NCBI GenBank assembly: GCA_035651975.1
Contig: DASREQ010000069.1
Coordinates: 3,235-67,234 of the forward strand
Source of the DNA: Candidatus Udaeobacter sp.
Lineage (GTDB): Bacteria; Verrucomicrobiota; Verrucomicrobiia; Chthoniobacterales; UBA10450
DNA length: 64,000 bases
Direction: 5' to 3'
Shown: piece after piece, positions 1 through 8,488 of the stretch
Layout: the number at the start of each line of letters is the position of its first letter
How positions within the stretch are numbered: the stretch's first letter is position 1
Translations under genes and position numbers: made by a program
Notes under the pieces: generated by a model
Database searches by the model: none
Told to the model about the DNA's origin: nothing
Seen by the model: the letters and a program-made list of their open reading frames with translations, nothing else

Positions 1-501
1 CGGATTCCGCTGGTGATCGATCCGGTCGTTGTCGCGACGAGCGGTGATCCTCTCCTTGAACCGGCGGCCATCGAAACTTATGAGAAGGAACTGTTCCCGC
101 TCGCCCGCCTGATTACGCCAAATCTCGATGAAGCAGAGCAGTTGCTTGGAATGAAAATTAAAGATCGGCGATCGATGCGTGTCGCGGGGAAAGAGCTGGA
201 GAAGAAATTCAGAACTTCAATCCTTCTTAAAGGCGGTCACTTGACGGGGGAGCGCGCCGTCGATCTTCTGTTTGTCGATGGGAAAGTTACCGAGTTTTCA
301 GCCCGGAAAGTTTTCGGAGTCGCGACTCATGGCACGGGCTGCACATATTCGGCGGCGATCACAGCAGGTCTTGCCAAAGGCCTGTCTCTAGAAGAGGCGA
401 TCACAGAGGGCAAGAAATTCGTGACAGACTCAATCGCGCGACATTTGGATTGGACTTCGCACTCTGGCGAGACTTTGCAAGCGCTCAGGCATTTTCTGTA
501 G
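1..501 (+). CDS. thiD: hydroxymethylpyrimidine/phosphomethylpyrimidine kinase, C-terminal part (5' end outside window)
   Basis: Frame 1 is open from base 1 (RIPLVIDPVVVATSG...) to TAG 499-501. ThiD/ribokinase-fold motifs are present: LITPNLDEAE, LLKGGH and THGTGCTYSAAITAGLAKG. Confidence 0.85.
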   Translation, partial: RIPLVIDPVVVATSGDPLLEPAAIETYEKELFPLARLITPNLDEAEQLLGMKIKDRRSMRVAGKELEKKFRTSILLKGGHLTGERAVDLLFVDGKVTEFSARKVFGVATHGTGCTYSAAITAGLAKGLSLEEAITEGKKFVTDSIARHLDWTSHSGETLQALRHFL

Positions 502-540
502 CCGCTTGGCTGTTTAATACGCAGAGGTCGGCGGCTACAG
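496..540. repeat. GTAG-headed inverted repeat between convergent thiD and rnc (REP-like, probable bidirectional terminator)
   Basis: CTGTAGCCGC-N25-GCGGCTACAG, with perfect 10-bp arms. The TAG of the left GTAG is the thiD stop codon. Confidence 0.7.
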
Positions 541-545
541 CGATC

Positions 546-1247
546 TTACACGCCGGGGTTCTCTTTCTTCTCCCAGCGCTTTAACTGCATTGCTTCGATT
601 GCGGCCACAGTTTCCGCTTGTTTCTTGCTCCGGCCGCTGCCCTGACCAAGAACAATTCCCTCCCAAACAACCTGGGAAACAAATATCTTCTCATGCTCGG
701 GCCCGCTTTGGGAAATTAATTCGTAGATCGGACTGCGCGGCGAGATGCTTTGCAACAGCTCCTGAAGTTGGCCCTTGGGATTGATGTCCACGGGTGTCTC
801 CGCAAGTAGGTCGAGCTCACCGCGAGTCTGGGTCAAAATGAACTCTTTCGCTGCTCCGAGACCGCCATCGAGGTAAATGGCACCGATGAGCGCTTCAAAC
901 GCATCGGCCAATGTGGACGTGCGTCCCCGGCCACCGCTGCTTTCTTCGCCGCGTCCCATCAAAATGTAACGTCCCAGGTCCAGTGTAGCTGCATGCGCCC
1001 GCAACGCTTCGCGAGAAACCAGGCGCGAACGCAGTTTTGTTAGTTGTCCTTCGGCTTCGGCTCCAAAATGGCGAAACAGATACTCGGTAATAACAAGCTG
1101 GAGCACGGCGTCGCCGAGAAATTCCAAGCGCTGATAATCAAAATGATAGCGTTGCGCCTCATGGCCAAGGCTGGGATGCGTGAGCGCCTCTGCCAGTAAA
1201 AGTGAGTTCCGGAATTTGTAGCCGATGCGTTCTTCGAGCGGTGTCAC
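546..1247 (-). CDS. rnc: ribonuclease III
   Basis: 233-aa ORF with the RNase III signature QRLEFLGDAVLQL and a C-terminal dsRNA-binding domain (PKGQLQELLQ...GRSKKQAETVAA). Confidence 0.93.
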   Translation of the reverse strand: MTPLEERIGYKFRNSLLLAEALTHPSLGHEAQRYHFDYQRLEFLGDAVLQLVITEYLFRHFGAEAEGQLTKLRSRLVSREALRAHAATLDLGRYILMGRGEESSGGRGRTSTLADAFEALIGAIYLDGGLGAAKEFILTQTRGELDLLAETPVDINPKGQLQELLQSISPRSPIYELISQSGPEHEKIFVSQVVWEGIVLGQGSGRSKKQAETVAAIEAMQLKRWEKKENPGV

Positions 1248-1373
1248 TTCTTTGCCATTCTGAGCGAAATCGAAAAATCTCTCAACTCAGAACGACTACC
1301 GATTGCCTGGCGAGAACAAGGCTCGGCATTACTCGCAAACTAAAGGGCAACCACATCGTCGAAGACGCAGTGC

Positions 1374-2495
1374 CTATCGCTTTTGGTAAACCTCCAGCGA
1401 GGTAACTACATCCAGTGCGCGCTGCAATACCGGATCGTGTGCCGGCGGCTTTTCCGGCGCGCGGCCACGGCGCTGCTGCGCGGCCTCCGCTGCTTCAACC
1501 TCGGGATTAGTCCCAGCTAACAGCGCTGCCTCATTCAGGTGGGGGCGGCCGCCTTCGTAAACAAAGGGCCCCATTCCTTTTTCGCTGCTGAGTTGGAAAA
1601 TCTGACGCTTGTCTGCCATCGACATGTCGACAGGCAAATCTGGTTTTATCCCGTCCGGAAACAGTGGACGACCGTCGGGGGAAACCATTTCCGCCACGGC
1701 CACGCGTAGAATTTTGCCGCTCGGCAGTGACAGATCGGAGTATTCAGCTGCGCGACCAGCAGTCGTTTGCCCGATGACCAGGGCCTTGTTGTAAAATCGC
1801 AATGCGGCAGCGATCGCCTCTGCTGCACCAACTGTGTCACCATCGGTGAGTACCATGACCAGGTCCCGAAACGCCGGATCACGATCCGATTTAAAGACGC
1901 GGTCTTGACGACCCGAGGGCTTGCGCAGGGTAAAAAGCGTTTTGCCCCTGGGACAAAACCGCTTCGCAAATTCAGCGGCCAGCGGCAAATCAGTCGTCGC
2001 CTGACTGGCCCGAAGATCGACGATTACCGCGTTCACGTTTTTCGCGGCGAAATTGCTCAGGCTCCTGTCCAAGGCCTGAAGGTTAGCTGGGTTTAGCGAA
2101 CCGATGCGCAGGTACCCGATGTGCCCTCCGATAATCTCATTGTAAAAGAGGCTCCGCGCTTCCGCCGGCGCGTTCTCTTTGCCGGGCAAAAGCATTACCC
2201 CGCGCGGCAGCCGCATTGTAAGGCCCTCGACGGTCGCCCGATTCAACTCGATATCTGTGATTGCATCAGGGTTTGTAAAATTAGTCTTTAATAGCGTGAT
2301 GACGGCCTGCAGGTCAGCCGGGCCTAGCGAATTGACCAGGTCTTCTGTTGTCGGGCTGGACGAGGGCGAAGGCGCCGCGGCTGGTTTTGGCGCGGCAGCC
2401 GTGCCCGGAGCCATTACGGTCGGCGTCGGAAGTTGCCCCAGCGCAGTTATCGCCAGGAAGAAGCTAACGAAGGACAACGATGTGAATTGAGACAT
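1374..2495 (-). CDS. S41 (C-terminal processing/tail-specific) peptidase family protein, probably catalytically inactive
   Basis: 373-aa ORF with an N-terminal hydrophobic anchor or signal. The S41 core is recognisable (GHIGYLRIGSL, VIVDLRAS, VLTDGDTVGAAEAIAAAL...LVIGQTTAGRAAE). The Ser and Lys positions of the SASASE...FGKG dyad read G and R here. Confidence 0.65.
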   Translation of the reverse strand: MSQFTSLSFVSFFLAITALGQLPTPTVMAPGTAAAPKPAAAPSPSSSPTTEDLVNSLGPADLQAVITLLKTNFTNPDAITDIELNRATVEGLTMRLPRGVMLLPGKENAPAEARSLFYNEIIGGHIGYLRIGSLNPANLQALDRSLSNFAAKNVNAVIVDLRASQATTDLPLAAEFAKRFCPRGKTLFTLRKPSGRQDRVFKSDRDPAFRDLVMVLTDGDTVGAAEAIAAALRFYNKALVIGQTTAGRAAEYSDLSLPSGKILRVAVAEMVSPDGRPLFPDGIKPDLPVDMSMADKRQIFQLSSEKGMGPFVYEGGRPHLNEAALLAGTNPEVEAAEAAQQRRGRAPEKPPAHDPVLQRALDVVTSLEVYQKR

Positions 2496-2536
2496 TGGAA
2501 ACAGATGCCGACCTATAACGCATTTTTTAATTGCGC

Positions 2537-2571
2537 GAAATTCGAAATCTGAATATCGAATTTGAAGTTCT
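2537..2571. repeat. AT-rich heptamer-periodic tract
   Basis: GAAATTC GAAATCT GAATATC GAATTTG AAGTTCT. It also contains the 8-bp inverted repeat AAATTCGA...TCGAATTT. It lies between the purD stop and the S41 gene start. Confidence 0.6.
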
Positions 2572-2592
2572 TCAGTTGGCCATTTGAGAATT

Positions 2593-3858
2593 TCAGCAGC
2601 GTCCTAAACCAATGTCGCGCCGATAGTGGCAGTTCTCGAAATGAATGCGGACGACAGCTTCGTATGCGCGGGCGCGTGCGGCTTCGAGCGTTGATCCAAG
2701 CGCTGTGATCGCGAGAACGCGACCGCCAGCCGTCTTAAGTTCGCCGTTGGCGCGCTTGGTACCGGCGTGGAAAATCTGGACGTCTTCAAGCTTTGCCGCT
2801 TCGTCGAGACCCGAAATCGTTTTTCCGGTTTCGTATTTGCCAGGATAACCACCAGAGGCAAGCACGACCGTGACGGCAGCACGTGTATCCCACTCAATCG
2901 CACGCTTGCTGAGATTTCCATCAATTGTCGCTTCCAACAGCGGTGATAGATCGGATTTCATCCGGGGCAGGAGCACCTGTGTTTCGGGGTCCCCGAAACG
3001 GCAATTGAACTCCAGTACACGAGGGCCATCGTCCGTCATTATTAGCCCAGGATAAAGAAGTCCGCGAAATGTGATCCCCTCTTGCAAAAGACCGCGTAGG
3101 AGCGGTTGCATGATTTCCGCTTCGAATTGCGATTGCAGTTTCCTATTCCAATTGTCGGCAGGGCTGAGCGCGCCCATCCCGCCCGTGTTCGGCCCCTTAT
3201 CGCCGTCCAGCGCGCGCTTGTGATCGCGCGCCGATTCCAGCAGACGATAACTGCTTCCGTCCACCAGGGCGTGCAGCGAACATTCCGTCCCACGCAAGAA
3301 ATCCTCGATCACGATGCGCCGGCCTGCATCGCCAAAACGGGCCCGATTCATCATCTCATCGATTGCGGCTCTGGCCGCGGCAGTATCCGCGGCGATGACG
3401 ACTCCTTTTCCGAGAGCAAGGCCGTCCGCTTTGATCACGACCGGAAATTTCAATCGCTCGCAGTAACGCAGCGCTTCACTGCTGTTGGAAAACGTTCTCG
3501 CCTCGGCTGTAGGGATTTTCTGCGCGCGCATCAGTTCTTTTGCGAAAATTTTGGAGGCCTCGATGCGCGCCGCCGATTTCGTCGGCCCAAACGCACGCAA
3601 GTTTTCACCAGCAAAATAATCGATAATTCCTGCGGCAAGTGGGTCGTCCGGACCGATTACCGTCAGGTCGATACGGTTTTTTCTTGCGAAACGGGCGAGC
3701 GTCCCAAAATCACTGGCAGAAATCGCGACATTCTCGCCAACTTCGGCAGTGCCAGCGTTCCCCGGTGCGCAGAAGATACGCTCCACATCCGAAGATTGCT
3801 TCAGTTTCCACGCAAGCGCATGTTCGCGACCCCCGCTGCCAACGACCAGAATTTTCAT
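2593..3858 (-). CDS. purD: phosphoribosylamine--glycine ligase
   Basis: 421-aa ORF colinear with PurD: MKILVVGSGGREHALAWKL, an ATP-grasp core, GPNTGGMGA and EFNCRFGDPE. Confidence 0.95.
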   Translation of the reverse strand: MKILVVGSGGREHALAWKLKQSSDVERIFCAPGNAGTAEVGENVAISASDFGTLARFARKNRIDLTVIGPDDPLAAGIIDYFAGENLRAFGPTKSAARIEASKIFAKELMRAQKIPTAEARTFSNSSEALRYCERLKFPVVIKADGLALGKGVVIAADTAAARAAIDEMMNRARFGDAGRRIVIEDFLRGTECSLHALVDGSSYRLLESARDHKRALDGDKGPNTGGMGALSPADNWNRKLQSQFEAEIMQPLLRGLLQEGITFRGLLYPGLIMTDDGPRVLEFNCRFGDPETQVLLPRMKSDLSPLLEATIDGNLSKRAIEWDTRAAVTVVLASGGYPGKYETGKTISGLDEAAKLEDVQIFHAGTKRANGELKTAGGRVLAITALGSTLEAARARAYEAVVRIHFENCHYRRDIGLGRC

Positions 3859-4184
3859 GGCGAACTAGTTTGACTGTAGAGATAGCCGAGCCGGCTGCAA
3901 AGCCCTCAGCAACCCTTACGCCAACTCCCACTCCGCAGCGACAGCGAGTTCAACTCCAACCGTAACACCTGCGCCCAGACCTACGCCGACACCAAGGCCG
4001 CGCCCGTCCCCGCCGCCGCAGCCCACGCCGCCGCGCTGAGTCGGAGCGAGAAAGTGACAGTCATCGGCAAAGAACCGGCATTTAAAATCCTCGACAAAGG
4101 AGCAAAGTGGATGGCAGTGACAGTGCATTGCACCGTCACTGACTGTGTCTGCAGCCCAGATACTTTACGGCTTACGCTGCACCG

Positions 4185-5288
4185 TCACTTCGATGGCGAT
4201 TCGGCCGGTAAGATCGACAACTCTAATTTCTCGGTGTGCCGAATGACTGTGAGCCTGGCACTGACGCCAATTTGTTCGCCGACCAAAACTTTGTGCAAAT
4301 GATGAACACTCGCAATAGCCTCATCGTCGAAAGCAATAATCACATCTCCCTCGCGCAATCCAGCGCGCTCTGCGGGACTATTCTTGTCAACGGAAACAAC
4401 GAGGACAGCCGTCTCGAGAGGTAAACCATAAAATCGGACGATCCGCCGGTGAAGTGGAACGTTCTGCCCGGCCACGCCGATGTAACCGCGCCGGATGCGT
4501 CCGTCACGAATGAGCCATCCAGCAACCAATTTGGCCGTGTTGCTTGCGATTGCGAAACAGATGCCTTGCGCCGGTCGAATCATGGCCGTGTTTACGCCCA
4601 CCACTTCGCCGGCCGAATTAACCAATGGTCCGCCGGAGTTGCCCGGATTCAAGGCGGCGTCGGTTTGAATAATGTTGTCAATCAAGCGACCCGATTGGGC
4701 GTGCATTGAGCGACCGAGTGCGCTAATCACGCCGGCAGTGACGCTGGCTTGGAAACCGAGCGGATTTCCAATCGCGATTACGATTTGACCCACGCGCAAA
4801 TTTTCCGAGTCGGCCAGGCGCACATGAGTGAGTTGCGGCCCATCGATGCGAATCACGGCCAGATCGGTGTCTGGATCGTCGCCGGCCACTTGCGCCGGGT
4901 ATTCGCGCCCGTCGGGCAAATTTACGGTGATGGAATTCGCTGCATGGACGACGTGGCTATTAGTCAGAATGAATCCGTCGGGCGTGATGATGAAACCCGA
5001 CCCGTTGCCGCTCAACTCGCGTGTTCCGCGCTGGACGTTAATCCGTTGTTTAACGTCGATGTTCACAACGGCTGGCGAAACGCGCCTGACGGCACTCACG
5101 ACCGTACGCGAATATGCATCGAGCAAGCCGGCATCGTCCTGGTCTGCTGCAACTGTGTCGAGGTCCCTGTTCGCCTGTGATGGAGCAGAGTCCCTGTCGT
5201 TTAAGAGAAAATCCATCGGCACAGCGTTTCCCTTCGTAAGAGATGTAATTGTCATATCCAAATTTCGTACAGCCAAACCGTCAGTCAA
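4185..5288 (-). CDS. htrA: HtrA/DegP-family periplasmic serine endoprotease with one PDZ domain
   Basis: The trypsin-like triad context is present (TNSHVV, DLAVIRI, GNSGGPLV), followed by a PDZ-like C-terminus (GYIGVAGQ...GDVIIAFDD). The start could be a later Met. Confidence 0.9.
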   Translation of the reverse strand: MTDGLAVRNLDMTITSLTKGNAVPMDFLLNDRDSAPSQANRDLDTVAADQDDAGLLDAYSRTVVSAVRRVSPAVVNIDVKQRINVQRGTRELSGNGSGFIITPDGFILTNSHVVHAANSITVNLPDGREYPAQVAGDDPDTDLAVIRIDGPQLTHVRLADSENLRVGQIVIAIGNPLGFQASVTAGVISALGRSMHAQSGRLIDNIIQTDAALNPGNSGGPLVNSAGEVVGVNTAMIRPAQGICFAIASNTAKLVAGWLIRDGRIRRGYIGVAGQNVPLHRRIVRFYGLPLETAVLVVSVDKNSPAERAGLREGDVIIAFDDEAIASVHHLHKVLVGEQIGVSARLTVIRHTEKLELSILPAESPSK

Positions 5289-5371
5289 CTACATATGATT
5301 TCTATGCATACACATCTTCTGGAGTGTTACTCTCCACTTGCGCGTCAAGGAGAATTGTTTTACACAGGGAC

Positions 5372-5749
5372 GTGCGAAAAGTGTCCTCTGCCCCTTCCGT
5401 GCTGGATGCGCAGTGTCCTTCCCGGCTGGTGCTCGACCGAATTGCCGATAAATGGACGGCTCTCATTATCCAGATTCTGGCGCGCGGAACGATGCGTTAT
5501 GCCGCGCTGCAGCGCGAGATTGGCGGCATTTCGCAAAAGATGCTGACACAGACGCTGCGCAGCCTTGAGCGCGACGGCCTGGTGCAACGCACCGTTCATC
5601 CCGTTGTACCTCCCAAAGTGGAATACTCTCTCACGAGATTGGGCCGAACCTTGATCGAACCGTTGCACGCGCTTTGCCGCTGGTCTGAAAAACACCTCGC
5701 TGAGCTTCAGGCAAATCGCGCGCGGGCAAAGCAAGCAGCGATGGAGTAA
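5372..5749 (+). CDS. HxlR-family winged-helix transcriptional regulator
   Basis: HxlR core: CPSRLVLDRIADKWTALIIQIL..RYAALQREIGGISQKMLTQTLRSLERDGLVQR..PPKVEYSLT. The ORF is open from TTG 5249, but that start would overlap divergent htrA. GTG 5372 gives a typical 125-aa size, and the start remains uncertain. Confidence 0.8.
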   Translation: MRKVSSAPSVLDAQCPSRLVLDRIADKWTALIIQILARGTMRYAALQREIGGISQKMLTQTLRSLERDGLVQRTVHPVVPPKVEYSLTRLGRTLIEPLHALCRWSEKHLAELQANRARAKQAAME

Positions 5750-5833
5750 TGGAGTGTTGGAGTGGCGGAGTAGTGAAACAGCTTTGACGCATTACTCCGT
5801 TACCCTGCTGCTCCATCAGTCCCGCAGCTGATC

Positions 5834-7417
5834 ATGCATCAGGCGGAAATTATCGTTCTTCTGTTCACGGTCGTCGCGGCGTCAGTTCTGATCGCGCGCA
5901 AGATGGCGGTGCCGTACCCGGTCGTGCTGGTGCTTGTCGGTCTGGTCTTGAGTTTCGTTCCGCATCTGCCGGAGGTGAAACTGGATCCAAACATTGTTTT
6001 CTATTTCTTTCTGCCACCATTGCTTTACCCAGCTGCGTTGTTCACTTCGTGGCGCGATTTTCGGCGAAATCTGCGGCCAATCGTCCTGCTTGCCATTGGC
6101 TTGGTGCTTTTCACAATTATCGTGGTCGCCTGCGTGGCGCACTCGTTAATTCCGTCCCTGCCGTGGGCAGCGGCTTTTGCCTTGGGCGCAATTGTTTCTC
6201 CGCCTGATGCGGTCGCGGCTACGAGTGTGATTCGCCGTCTGGCAGTGCCACACCGGATCGTTAGCATTCTGGAAGGTGAAAGTCTGTTGAACGACGCCAC
6301 GGCGCTGGTCGCGCTGCAGTTTGCAGTCGCAGCGCTAATGACAGGCAAATTTTCACTGGGCCAGGCATCTTTGCGTTTCGTCTGGGCCGCGGCGGGCGGA
6401 ATAGGATTTGGCTTGCTCGTCGGCGGGGTGATTCGATGGGTGCATCGACATCTCGACGATCCACCAGTGCAAATAACCATTTCGTTGCTCACGCCGTTTC
6501 TTGCGTATTTACCGGCGGAGCGCTTGCACGTCTCAGGCGTCCTGGCTGTGGTTGCCGCCGGAATTTATCTTGGCTGGCACTCTCCACTGATTGTGACGGC
6601 GCGTTATCGTTTGCAGGCGTTCGCTTTCTGGGAAATCGTGGTGTTCCTTCTGAACGGTTTTGTTTTCACGGCCATCGGTTTGCAATTGCCGGGAATCCTG
6701 CGATCGCTCAGGGGCGAGTCTCTTCTTTCGCCCATTGAGAATGCGCTTGTGGTGAGCGCTGCAGTTGTGCTGGTACGGATCGCGTGGGTTTTTCCGGGCG
6801 CGTATCTGCCTTTTCTCCTGTACAGGGGAGTGCGTCGGCGCGAGCCTGTCCCGGAGTGGCAAAATGTGGCGGTCATGGCCTGGTCGGGAATGCGCGGGGT
6901 CGTCTCCCTGGCGGCCGCATTTGCGCTTCCCTACGTTTTACCGGACGGCCGCACGTTCCCGGGAAGGAACTACATTTTGTTTCTGACCTTCTGTGTGATT
7001 TTGGTAACCCTGTTGTTTCAAGGCCTGACGCTACCGATTGTGATCCAAAAACTTTGCATCAAAGCCGATAATTCAACTGATGAAGAAGAGCGAGTCGCAC
7101 GGTTGGAAGCAAACCAGGCGGCGATTGAATCAATCGAAAAGCTTCGCGCCAGCGGCGAGTTTTCGCCCGATACTGTGGATCGTTTGCGTGCCGAGTACGA
7201 CGAACGCGTGGAGCAATTGCAACTTTGCGCCGACAACCCCGACGATTGCCGCGGCGAAATCGCCACGCCGCAATATCAACGTTTGCAACGCAAAGCGCTG
7301 CGTGTGGAAAGGCAAACCATCATCCGCCTGCGAAACGATCGCGTGATCAACGACGATGCGTTGCGGCGGATTCAGCGCGACCTGGATCTTGCGGAAGCGC
7401 GTCTGACAGGAAGCTAA
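5834..7417 (+). CDS. Na+/H+ antiporter (CPA1/NhaP-like) with cytoplasmic C-terminal domain
   Basis: 527-aa polytopic membrane ORF (about 12 hydrophobic segments) with CPA1-like motifs: PPLLY.AAL, SPPDAVAA, EGESLLNDA and WSGMRGVVSLAAA. Confidence 0.85.
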   Translation: MHQAEIIVLLFTVVAASVLIARKMAVPYPVVLVLVGLVLSFVPHLPEVKLDPNIVFYFFLPPLLYPAALFTSWRDFRRNLRPIVLLAIGLVLFTIIVVACVAHSLIPSLPWAAAFALGAIVSPPDAVAATSVIRRLAVPHRIVSILEGESLLNDATALVALQFAVAALMTGKFSLGQASLRFVWAAAGGIGFGLLVGGVIRWVHRHLDDPPVQITISLLTPFLAYLPAERLHVSGVLAVVAAGIYLGWHSPLIVTARYRLQAFAFWEIVVFLLNGFVFTAIGLQLPGILRSLRGESLLSPIENALVVSAAVVLVRIAWVFPGAYLPFLLYRGVRRREPVPEWQNVAVMAWSGMRGVVSLAAAFALPYVLPDGRTFPGRNYILFLTFCVILVTLLFQGLTLPIVIQKLCIKADNSTDEEERVARLEANQAAIESIEKLRASGEFSPDTVDRLRAEYDERVEQLQLCADNPDDCRGEIATPQYQRLQRKALRVERQTIIRLRNDRVINDDALRRIQRDLDLAEARLTGS

Positions 7418-7546
7418 GAGTGTCAGTATTTAGTGATAAGTTTGTAAATGTCTGTTTAGCGCGAACGGCGCTGGTTGCCGCGGGCTTGTGCTGAATACTG
7501 CGCCTTGGACGCAAGGGACATACGGTTTTACAGAAACGTCTCTGAA

Positions 7547-8425
7547 CTAAAAACCATATCGTGCGGGCCAATCCCTGGCCGGCCCGCCGAGCCGCGCTGC
7601 GCAGTTCTTCAGTTCCTTCTTGAAGAACGTGGCCAGATGCGACCGTACCTTGTTTGTGAGCGGAAGCTTTTCCATCCTGGTCCAGCTGTTGTGATCCGCC
7701 GCCAATCGGCTGCCTGGCTTGTCTGGATCAGCACCCAGGAAACGAAGGATAGACTGCCGCAATTCAGCGGGATTGCTTTGCAGATCATCAAAGAAATAAA
7801 CACGAAACTGTTTCGCAGGGACATAGTGCTTCCATCGCGCAACCACGGCACTTGGGTACGAACGCAAAAGCATTCCCCGGCGGAGCAAATTCCGATTGAC
7901 TGCATCAATGTCGGTCACATCAAACGGCTCAATTTGGCGGTAACGCACTTCCATCGACAAGTGCGACCACACGCGCTCAACCGGATCGCGCGCCAGAAAG
8001 ATCACCTTTAGGTTTGGAAAGTATTCAACGATCTGGCGAATGATTTCATTACTTAGGGTCGAATAATTCGGGGAGATATCGCCTGAAAGAAGTGATGCCT
8101 TGGACTCGAACAACCGCCCGTAATTCTCGAGGTCGATACGCGGTTCAGCGCTGAGGCTCTTGAGCTTTTCCAGAAATCGAAGATCGCGCTCATCTCTGCA
8201 GCGCGGACGCGCTGCGCGCTGAACCCGGCTCAGTTGATCAAAGTAATGGAGCTCCTTCACAGGAGGCATCCAGAAATCGGGATGAGAATCGAGTTGCTGA
8301 TAAAGCCACGTGCTTCCGGCTTTGTGCGCTCCGATACACAAAAAATCCGGTCCTGCGCCGCGAGCAGGAAACGGCTTATGTCTGCTGGCACTACCGCGAG
8401 CGTTGAACGGGCAAGCCCATCTCAC
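7547..8425 (-). CDS. sulfotransferase family protein (paralog 1)
   Basis: PAPS 5'-phosphosulfate loop (PDFLCIGAHKAGSTWLYQQL), HPDFWMPPVKELHYFD and a 3'-PB-like FLARDPVERVWS motif. Confidence 0.75.
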   Translation of the reverse strand: MRWACPFNARGSASRHKPFPARGAGPDFLCIGAHKAGSTWLYQQLDSHPDFWMPPVKELHYFDQLSRVQRAARPRCRDERDLRFLEKLKSLSAEPRIDLENYGRLFESKASLLSGDISPNYSTLSNEIIRQIVEYFPNLKVIFLARDPVERVWSHLSMEVRYRQIEPFDVTDIDAVNRNLLRRGMLLRSYPSAVVARWKHYVPAKQFRVYFFDDLQSNPAELRQSILRFLGADPDKPGSRLAADHNSWTRMEKLPLTNKVRSHLATFFKKELKNCAARLGGPARDWPARYGF

Positions 8426-8488
8426 CTTTGGTTATCTCCTTGTTGGAGTTTATGGCAGGTACGGTGACCGCAGCGCACCGCCTCTACC

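Noticed and set aside
3106-3873. 255-aa plus-strand ORF
   Set aside because: It is entirely antisense to the well-supported purD gene. Its Arg/Pro-rich composition is typical of shadow ORFs in GC-rich DNA.
5249-5371. TTG 5249 start for the HxlR regulator
   Set aside because: It would overlap the divergent htrA coding region by 40 nt and add about 40 non-conserved residues. HxlR proteins are usually about 110-130 aa.
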